Below, one piece after another: positions 54,001 through 64,000 of a stretch of 64,000 nucleotides of DNA. Position 1 is the stretch's first letter, and every line of letters begins with the position of its first letter. Origin of the DNA: Gordius albopunctatus (Eukaryota); the NCBI GenBank assembly GCA_964276515.1, contig OZ193909.1, forward strand, positions 7,130,001 through 7,194,000, in the 5' to 3' direction. The position numbers were made by a program, and so were the translations under genes. Under the pieces are notes generated by a model. The model worked only from the letters and a program-made list of their open reading frames with translations. It made no database searches and was not told the origin of the DNA.

Positions 54001-57000
54001 TATTAAAAATTTCGCCTAGATGGCATTAATTAGAGTTTATCTATTATTTAGTTTCGGTACCCGTACAACGGGTTATTATTTTGTTTTATTATAAATCTAG
54101 AATGTTTATATATATAAATAAAATCTCGGCGCATAAGGTCAATGCATATCAAAATATATTATTTATAGTTTAATGATTTATGTTAAATCGAATCTATAAT
54201 CGAATATCTCCCAGAGGTGTACTTTCCACCATTCCAATATTTCTATTTTTTCGTTGATCCTTAACTTTATGTAGGTGTGGATTTCCTTTACTTTATAAAA
54301 TTCTTTCCGAATATTTTCAGCTATTAGGAGTAAATTTTTTTTTCCATACTCAATTGTTTGTATATTAGAAAAAGCGTAAAATGAATGAATCAATAACTTG
54401 TTATTAATTAATTTTTTGTAATTATTATTGTTTTACACAGAACAAAAGACTACTTAGGCTACTACTTCTAAATTATTCCGGGTCGTCCCTATTATTTATG
54501 AATTTGGCCCGGCCCGGAATTTTAAAGCCTCAAAATTTGAGGCCCGGGCCCGAGCTTTTTCGGGCCGGGCATCGGGCCGCCCGTGCAGGTCTCTAGTGCC
54601 GTCTAGACTTAACATACCGTTGGCCAGGTAAAAATCCTAACACGGATGGTAAAGGGGGTCATAAAAACCCCAGACAAGATACGGAAAATTGTGGCCATAA
54701 GACACAATTTACATCTTATTAACCAAGTAAATCCGCCCGATTATTATGCTATGTCATCCTTAGATTTAACAGATGAAGAAGACCTAGGAAAAATTGAATC
54801 AGATGCCGAATAGCTCTGATTTGTTATATTTATAAAAACATAAACTTTCAATATGCATTTATCAAATTATTTAACAATTTGTTATAAATTTTTCAATAAA
54901 TCTTTTAAAAATCGAGGTTAAATGAGTTGCTTTTAGTGTTTATGTTATTTTTTTGTGTTAGAGAGGCCTATTTTGAAATTTCCCTTATTTTACCACAAAT
55001 TTCCATATTTTTCCAATTTCCCCAAAGTTTGCGTTTGGTAAAATATGACATCTCTAATTAGCTATAAGAGAAATTACCGGAAAATTATAAAATTCCCAAG
55101 GGAATTTCCCGTGGAAATTTCACATTTTCCCGGAAAAATTTCCATTACTGCCATCTCTAGTTCATAGTTAATGAGATATATTGATTTTTAAATAAAAAAT
55201 AGAATTAATGTCGGGAAATTGTTACTGTTCAATAAAGGAAAGAATTTCGTCCTCATCTTTGGCCATTTTATTCGTCAACGACATTTGAACGTAGGTCTTA
55301 AAGGATAAACTTTTTGCGATATCGCGTCTAAACCAAAATGCATATATTAAAGACTTTTAAATTATAAAAATGACATCAAAAAATTTTAAATAATTTCTTG
55401 ATATTAAATTTCTCTAATTCAAACGACTAATTTTATGAAAACTCGCTAAATTTCATAACTATTTTCACATGATAAAATTATCTAACGCACGAATTCGATG
55501 TTTAACAAAAAATAAAAAAAATATCGTTGCAATCATTGATATGCAATTTGCAATTACAACACCCACCATTCTGCCATCTCATAAAATTAAGATTAAGGTG
55601 GGCGAACCTGAAATGCATAATTTCGTCAATGGTTTTGCCGTTGTGCAAATTTTTCCTATGGCCGGCCAGGCGATTGTAAATGAGGTACAAGGCTTCCCTC
55701 CTCTTGCGATTAGCCAGGTGAGACATGAAGCATTCGTAATTGTCCCGTTCGAAACTTATGTACCACGGGCCTTCCTGGTGGCTCTTGGTACTAAATAAAA
55801 TTAACATAAAGCCGTTTTAAGGGATCTAGAGATGGACCAATATAAAGGCATTTATAAATATGCAGTCTTTAATATAAGTTTTTTAGGAAATACTTTTGAA
55901 TTAAAAAAAATATATAACAATTTATTTACATTTTTTTATATTAAGCCTTTACAAAGCACTATAAAAATAGATGGTAAAATATAATGAAATAATGAATAAC
56001 CTCAAATTAAGGGTTTAATTTAAGTTTAAAGATTGCGAAATTGAAGAATAAAATGAGGGAAAAAATTCCTTATCAAACCACTAAGTGAGGCAAATAATCG
56101 ATGAATTCTGAACAAACTTACGCGTCGTAATTGTATTTGATTAGGGCTTTTTCGGGCATATCTGGTATATCTTTACGCTCGTTAATCAGTTGCATTTCGT
56201 CGATTCTGCATTTATTAAGGTTGGCACTGGCATGTTAAAAACATAAAAATATTATATGCGAAATTTTTTTATAAAATAAAATTATATATTGCAATTAAAC
56301 GCCTCTCTTCAGCAGAGCGACTAAATCTTTTTAAAAATTCGGAACCTAACAAAATTATAATTTTTTGTCCCATTGCGATAACTATTCTCTTAACCTTTGG
56401 CCCCCAAACCTTATAAATAATTTTAAAAAGTGGGGAAACAAATTTCTTTGTTATCCCATGATAATGGCGAATCTTTTTTATAAGACAGAAAATCGGCAAA
56501 AGCAAATATTTATAATACCTAAATTTTTCATTTACTTCATTCACCTTCACATGATATGTATTTTTACTTCAATAAATTAAAGTAAAATATTCGACGTTCA
56601 TTGTAGGTAAAAATAGTTATTTTGCGATATCTCGCATAAGAGATTCAGTAAACAATCAGGAAATAAGCAAAAACAATATTAAAATGTGGAATGAATTACA
56701 TAAAAGTATCCTTTTGGAACTCGATGTCAGCTAAACAACGCTTAAAATAAGCCTCTTTATTCCCGGTCAAATCGACACCGTTCAGTAATGATTGAGCCAT
56801 ATATTTATCAACAACACAGAGTTGAGCCTTTGTCAATCTTTTGGCGTCAGCTTTGATTTCCTTTTAGATAATTTTATTACATATATAAATGGTGAGGATA
56901 AAGCTGAATTAAAAGGAAACTTAAGCCTAAAAATATATTGATTATAAGTCGGCTTTGCAATTAAATTATATACATATGCAATTAGTCATATCGTCCAATG

Positions 57001-58361
57001 TTTTAGGTATTCCTAAGGGCCCACGGCGTAAATGGACAATGACAATTTGATGCTTAAAAATAGTACAAATTTTATTTTTAAATATCGATCCTTTTAATGT
57101 GCCAAGAATTTTAAGGCTTAACATCATTGCTTTAAAAAATAAAAAAATAAAATTTTGAGCTAATTGGGGATTGTGAATAAAAATTAAATAAGCTCAGAAT
57201 GACAATTGTATAAAAATGACTTTAGTGGTCAAAATAAATGAAATTTTGGAGAGGTGGTGTTATTTATAAAAAAAAATTGTTTTATTTGTAAATTCATATA
57301 TATTGTAATAAAGAAGTAATTATTTTCTTTTATCAAGTTAAACCTGGGCAAAATGTTTTTTTAACCTAAATAAATCATAATTACACTTCTTAACTATCTA
57401 ACTCATGTTGATTTTAATTATCATAATCAATTAGACAAAATTTGTTGAGTTTATACCTTTAAAGCACTATATGTCAATTGACTTTTAAATCTCATTGATG
57501 ATATTCTTTGCATGGCAGGATTGATCTATAAGACATTTATTAAATTATAATAAATGTTGGTACTTTTGTCTGCACATTAGCAAATTGTGATTTTTTAAGC
57601 TTATTCATGTGTTTTATTATAAGAAATGCCTGTGATATATTTGTTGACATTTCTTCCAGGGTTTGTAACACATTTTCAAATGTTCTTGGGTATGTTAAAT
57701 CTTTAAAAAAAAGACATTTTATAATAAATATATGATTTATGAGGAGTCATATAGCGTGTATAAAAAATATAAGATCAGATATTTAAATTTTTTCATATCA
57801 ATAAATGCTTCTCTAAATGAGTAGGGAAAAATTTTAACTATAATTAAAAGCAAAACAAACAATCTATAATATTCTTTGGAAAATGGTTATATATAAATTT
57901 AACATACCTACAAATGTTTACATTAATATAAACTAACTTTTCATTATAGCACAAGAAGCTATATATAAATGTTTTTAAGAAATACACTTTAGCTAATGAA
58001 TTTACCTGATAATTTTGCCTGGAAATTATTGTAGTTTAAGTCATATTTTAGGCATAGATGACCAACTCCATTATATAATTGAGAGGGTGTTAATAAACTT
58101 AAGGGTGGGTGCTTATTTTTTTGCGTAAGAATATGATTGTCCAAATTTTCATTGATAATCTCTGGCAGTCTAAAAGTTTATAATAAATTTATTTAAATTA
58201 TTTATTTGGAAAAAAGGAAAATTTTATTTGTTATATTAAATTTTTTCATTTGAAATTGTATAACAAAAATTAAAATCCATTTACACTACTGCAAAAGAAT
58301 TTGCGCATCTTTTATAATACACAAACTTTGACCGTGCACTTTTCAAAATAAAGGACCGCAT
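42057..58361 (-). CDS. M3 family oligopeptidase-A-like protein, multi-exon, catalytic motif degenerate
   Basis: Exons encode EGPWYISF...FMSHLANRKRREALY, IAKSLSFKTYVQMSLTNKMA, LEPWDIQFW, QNLFGLNF, AHLYIDP, HLLTTVPYSEVAGLNYVEKD, AANYYSKLWSQ; stop 42057-42059; putative start MRSFILKSAR at 58361. Confidence 0.85.
42308..42490. mobile_element. Possible piggyBac-like MITE
   Basis: ttaa+cccattaa...ttaatggg termini; the right TTAA is not intact. Confidence 0.4.
47147..48230 (+). mobile_element. Third copy of the aacgcgtt hAT family
   Basis: tagtg...cacta termini; perfect TSD atataaac; KYNTPIPSSASVEQVFS remnant. Confidence 0.92.
48911..49300. repeat. C-rich/G-rich long inverted repeat
   Basis: tttttaccctctttctcacc units on the left mirrored by ggtgagaaagagggtaaaaa units on the right. 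Confidence 0.8.
50021..51000 (+). mobile_element. Two tandem Helitron/Helentron-like non-autonomous elements (junction near 50738)
   Basis: Starts actagctgtacccggcc and actagttaagccgggcaaacgttg; subterminal cggtccagccgttt; microsatellite-like ends; an inverted copy of the second start lies at ~52873-52919. Confidence 0.5.
53257..54595. mobile_element. Non-autonomous hAT element
   Basis: 12-bp TIR tagagacctgca / tgcaggtctcta; perfect TSD gtgccgtc; ggcccg repeats; EILEWWK remnant on the minus strand. Confidence 0.92.
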
Positions 58362-58893
58362 GGGAATCAGTAAGAAGGCATTAATCGAAAATAACTGAAA
58401 AAATGTAAACTTGCATTATTTACGTAGAAATTTGATAGTATATTTTGGTGTATGAAGCAAAACAAAATATATTATGCAATCATATTAACAAAGTAATCTC
58501 TACATTACCTTAATATATATATTAAACTATGTTTATTATGTGATAATTTAGTATCTATATGATGAGCTTATTTTGTATTTTTTTAGGTAATCATGTTCTC
58601 ATCATTTAATCAGAAAACCACTTATGTTTATAGAGAATGAAGCTTAAGATCTAGGCTGATAAAGAGAAAACAAGATAAATAAGGAGGGATATTCAAACTG
58701 AACTTTTCACAATTAATATTAGCAGTTTGAGATACCATTCCTCACAATTTTTTACTATTTTATTTTAATAATATATCGTATCTTTTGTTAAATATATAAA
58801 CAAGGATGTAGATCGAAAACTAATTGACAACTTAGGAATCTTTCTAATTAAGTTATTACATTGAATATGCAATACATACATACATATATATAT

Positions 58894-61330
58894 TGTAGTA
58901 AATGTAGTATCATCATTGTAATGTATTATACCGCGATATATAGAAGAACATGTGATTTAATTTGAATAATAAACAATTACTACAAATGGCGACTAAGATG
59001 GGATTTGAAATGCCAATAATGAAAACCCCAGATGATATGAAAACTTTAGACTTATCAAAAATTACGCTTCGGAAATATTCTTTTGAAATGAACATAGAAG
59101 ACTATCTAGAAAATATGAGCTACATCATAAAGCTTAAAAGTATAAATGCTTCAAACGATATTTTACAACAAATATATAAAAATCTTTTACTTGCATATTT
59201 TGGAATTAATAATGTTAAATCCTTGGACACATCTACATGGTAGGAAATTCACAAGGCTTGTTTAGCTTTATTTACACCAATGGAATCCGAATTTACTTCC
59301 AGATCAAAATTCATTTAAATGAAACGGTTAGAGGGAGAAACAATAATGTTATTTGCTCAAAGATTAAAAGAATTGGCTAGAATATCCAACTTTAAAGGTA
59401 ATATAGATGAAAAGTTGCGAGACCAATTCATTGCAGGTTGTCAAGTAACAAAGTTGGATGTTGAATTGCGTACGCATTTCCCTAATACAATAAATTCAGA
59501 TGGTACAAATATAACTTTAAGACAAGTCTTGGATTTAGCAATGACATTCGAAAGGGCAGAACAAGAGGTAAAGCATGGTATCAATAAAGTATAAAACAAC
59601 TATACAAGGGGTTTTTCTAAGAATCAGTCAAGACCCAACAGCAACAACAGTTGTTACCGGTGCGGAGGTCCCACTTATATGCAAATTGTCCAGCAATCAA
59701 AGCCACATGTTATAAATCCAAGAAAATAGGACATTTTTCAAGGACTTGTAAATGTAAACCTATTTATAATATTCAGGGTGGAGGTGGATATGGAAGTTCA
59801 GATGACAATTTAATTAGTAGAGCAACTATAATGGCACGTTTGAATGATATTCCATATTGTCTTGAATATGATACCGGAGCACAGGTGTCAGTTATTAACA
59901 AGAAGATATGGAACCAAGTGGGCAGTCCCAAGTTAAGACAAACTAATAACCTAACCGTATCTGGTAAAAAGACGCTAGATGTTATGGGGGAAGTGATTAT
60001 TAAAGTGAAAGTTGGAGAAAAGGTTAAGAATTTACCTGCAATCGTCACTAGAAGCATGGATATACCGTTGTTTGTGTTACCTTGGATTTTAGAATTCGAT
60101 TTAGAGATTCCGAAATGTGTAAGGATTAACAAAGTCTACAAGGAGGGCAACACAATTCGTAGCAAATTAAATAATTTAATTAAAGAATTTGCAGACATTT
60201 TTGATAACAGTCACGGGGAAATCAATAGCAATCCAGTTCATCTAAATGTAAAAACAGATGCATCAGGTATTCCTTGGGAAAGATTACACATTGATTTGGC
60301 TGGCCCAATGGATGGTCGTTACTGGTTGATAGGGGTGGATTCTTATTCAAAATGGATTGAAGTGGACCTTATAAACCAAACTTTTTCCAATATAATTATA
60401 AAAAAGCTTAAAGGATGGTTTAGCCGATTTGGTATACAACGTCAAATTGTTAGCGACAACGGGCCACAATTTACATCAAACGAATTGAGAATGTTTTGTG
60501 AAAGCTACAATATCAAACATATTTTAACCACACCTTACCATCCCAAAATAAATGGTTGCGTTGAAGGTGGTATAAGAACTTTGAAAAGTCGCTATCTGGC
60601 CACGAAAGAGGATATCAAGGATGCAGAGGAATGTATGATCGAAGTCTTAACTACATATCAGAACACCGAACATAGAGCAACTGGGAGATCACCAGCCAAA
60701 ATTATGCTCGGTAGACGAAACCGGACGCCGTTGTATTGGACTAGACCAAACCCTAGAACTAATCTAGAAAACAATAGAGAAAAGCAAAATTGTCATCACG
60801 ACAAGGGTTTAAGTCAACGAGAATTTTTAAATAACCAGCCAATGTGGGTAAAAAATGAAATTAGACCGGGTTGGAGGGAAGGCACGGTACTACAACGAAA
60901 TGGAATATGGTCATATATTGTGGAAAGTCAAGGAAAACAAATAAGAAAGCACGCGGATCAACTAAGAAAAATAATTCCTAACTCTCACTCAGAGGAGACA
61001 TTAAATATACCAAATCAGGATATACAAGTTCAAGACTCATTTATTGTGGAAGAGAGGTGTGAAGAAAACGTTAGAAATATGACAGGAAAATCAAAAGAAG
61101 TTGATCGTAATGTAGAGAGCTCGTCGCATGACGTTTTGAATATACCAGAAGAGATTCAAATACCGCAGAAAAAAGTAAGCAGATTACGCAAGGCACCGAT
61201 TAGATTAATCGAGGAAATGTAATGTCTGTCAACGAAAAGGGGGACAAATGTAGTATCATCATTGTAATGTATTGTACCGCGATATATAGAAGAACATGTG
61301 ATATAATTTGAATAATAAACAATTACTACA
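58894..61330 (+). mobile_element. Internally deleted gypsy element (Mag-like) with 82-bp LTRs
   Basis: LTRs 58903-58984 and 61249-61330 (2 mismatches); PBS-like tggcgac; PPT gaaaaggggg; flanks tatat/tatat; broken gag (LRDQFIAG, zinc-knuckle remnants), DTGA protease, integrase core; no RT. Confidence 0.9.
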
Positions 61331-64000
61331 TATATATTATGACGAATAAAAATATTTGTTCACAAATTTTTTATAGACAGGATAGCTCTATGCTTTGTTG
61401 GTTTTTGAGTCATAACTCAATGTTTAAAAATGTTGTAATAATAGAATTTTAAAGCTAGAAAGAGTGATGATGTAATTTAATTTATGGCAATCAAATAAAT
61501 TCACATAGTTTAGCTATGTAAGTTGTTTGTATGGCAAGAACTTTTGCATCTAGTTTGACACCGTAATCAAAACCGTTTAAGTTTAAACTTGATAACAACG
61601 AAATCCATAAAATTGCGAAAAAATTTGTTTTATATTCAAATATTTTATATAAATTAAATCATATCGGTATAGTTTGATTACGAATAAACTTTTTGTGAAA
61701 AATTTTGTTAAGCAATTTATATATCCGCTAGCTAATTTTCGACGCTTAAGATCAAATTGGCAATAGCCATTTTGTATTTACTTAACTTTACTAAGAAGGG
61801 GATTTATTTTAAGTTGGCATGGATAAAGAACTTTATTTTATAAATACAAATAACCAAGATTATAAATAGTAGCTTTTGTGTATCACAATGCCACTATCTA
61901 TGCTGTAACTCACCATTGTTATTGCCCTTTCCTCTCTCCTTGCAATCGTTATCCTTTCCTTTTCCCGTGCGATCGTTATTGATTTAAAAGATCTATACCC
62001 TCTACTTAACTAAGACAATGAAAATAACAGATGGGAATTACCCATTCAATCATAGACTGCTCATGCCATATGTTTTATATGGTAAGATCTTTACAGTTTA
62101 ATCCACCATTTTGAATTGGACAATCTCCCATATCTTTTTTTATTGTACCCCATTGTTCAAAAGCGAATTTGCCTTTCATATTAGTTCATCAATAAAAAAA
62201 ATTTATTTTAAATATTTAATAAAATGCAGATGGCACTAAATGACTTTAGCATCACCTTATTACAATATTTATTATTTTCATGAATGGTTTACATGATATA
62301 TATTTTACAATGCTGTTTTTAATGTTTAACTAGTTTAATATTTTTCATTGCGTTTCATGTACACTTTATTATACCAAAATCAGTATAATTTATATAACCT
62401 TTCCTTATTTGTGCACATTTAAAAATGGCAGAAAAAGGGTATACTTATTTAACTTTTATGAGCAGTCTAACTAGTCTATGCGTTCAACACACATTATACA
62501 TCCTTCTCACTATAGTAATTTGGTTCTGAAACTCTCCGTATTGTCTCGAAAACTATTCGCCTAATCACTTTCTTTGTTTTCCCCTTCGCGTTCTGATTTA
62601 CCCTTTTCGCGTTATTACTTTTTTCGGGCCTCTTGTAGGATAAATATGATAATCTTCGGTAATAAAGAATCCCTTAGTTTAAAATATAAATATATTTGAT
62701 CTGTGTTAGTAATTTCCCTTTAATCCTTCTTTTTATTAATTCTTTTAATCAATAGTATTCAATAGATATTTTTACAATCTAAAAGTCAGATCTCTAACTT
62801 TTTAACACCTAAAGAGGATTTTGATTGAGAAGTAGATGCTTATTGCCGAGTTTATACGTCCAGGCACAACATCCATAATTCGACCGCTTGATATGAAAAT
62901 TATTAGAACTTTTAAAAAGATAGTTGTTTATCATATACTTACCTACATAGATTTTGAAAGTTAAATTATTTTTTATAAATAATATCTTGTTTTGGCTAAC
63001 ACTAGGTAAAGGTTAACACCTTGTCTAAAACCCGCTATTATAACGCACTGCAAAATAATGACAGTTTGGATTAAAATTCTACAACATAAAGCTAAATCAC
63101 CTTCCACAATCAACGCACAGTTTATCTGCAACCCATGCAATGCGACAAATTAACAAGGATCCCCACCTGACTTTTAAAAAAGGCGTTTAGGAACATTAGT
63201 TTTGAATAGGATCCTTATAGATGTTGTAATGTGGCCACGTTAAGGGAAAAAGCATTTAGGTTGCAAAACTACTAAAAAGGAAGAAATACACATAGCCTGT
63301 CTACGAGAGACTTGTAGAACTAAACGTCGGGAGTAAGAGAGAAATAATGGCTAAAGTCCAGCGGGGGACGAAATGGTAAAAACGCTTTCGTCGGTATCGT
63401 GCTACTGTACGAGTACCGCAAACTAAATAATTACCAAATCTAATTAATGTCATAGGCGATATTTAAAATTAGAGACTATGTTAAATTTAGAAATTTTGAT
63501 ATGGAAGAAGAAAAGAAGTTATGGTTTGGGTCAATTTCACATATAATGCTACCTGTAATCATTGTGAAGGTTTTTTATATAACAAACATAAATTGGCTAA
63601 AATAATTATTAATTTTTTTAGAGATAAGGCTATTTTATTCTTTTGTTAGTCTTTATTATTCTTAAATTCAATCTTATTTCTATGAATAAATTTTTTGAAA
63701 TGTATTAATAAATTAATGCGATTTTTAGTTTAGAGAAACTTGAAATATAATCGAATCGAATTCGAATCCTTATTTTAATATTTGACGAATCTCTAATCAA
63801 ATATTTAAAAAAAACAAAATTTTGAATACCAATAATATTAGCGTCCGAAATCCATAGGCATACTAATTAATCTAACAAAAATGTTAAAATATTAATGAAA
63901 CGTTTGTTTAATAAATTGTAGCTATTTTTTTAAATCAAACATTTAAATTTATTTTTAATTATTGAAGAAATTACATGTGAATTGATACAAATAAAATTAG

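Larger units (their letters stand above)
46949..55159. mobile_element. 8.2-kb hAT-bounded composite filling most of the large M3-gene intron
   Basis: tagagat...atctcta termini, ggaaa/tttcc subterminal repeats, flanks gttcctag / gttcatag (7/8). Confidence 0.65.

Overview
AT-rich animal (metazoan) genomic DNA with spliceosomal introns; nothing prokaryotic and no CRISPR. Four host genes can be reconstructed by hand: RNF7/RBX2 (+), a SUN-domain nuclear-envelope gene (-), an sFRP3/4-type Wnt modulator (-), and an M3/oligopeptidase-A-like gene (-) whose zinc-binding motif is completely lost. The rest is a dense, often nested set of transposons: Ty3/gypsy LTR elements, RTE-like LINEs, a pogo-like pseudogene, many hAT elements with 8-bp TSDs, Chapaev3-like and MULE-like MITEs, and Helitron-like repeats. 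The most unusual structures are an in-frame hAT transposase/gypsy integrase-tail chimera, a gypsy copy shaped like an integrated, circularly permuted one-LTR circle, a gypsy fragment with a TSD at an internal TG, an 82-bp-LTR element with an in-frame protease-integrase fusion, and a (TACA)n-tailed module shared by unrelated LINE bodies. I cannot show that any of these is a functioning new system; all family calls rest on motif recognition by eye, with no database search.
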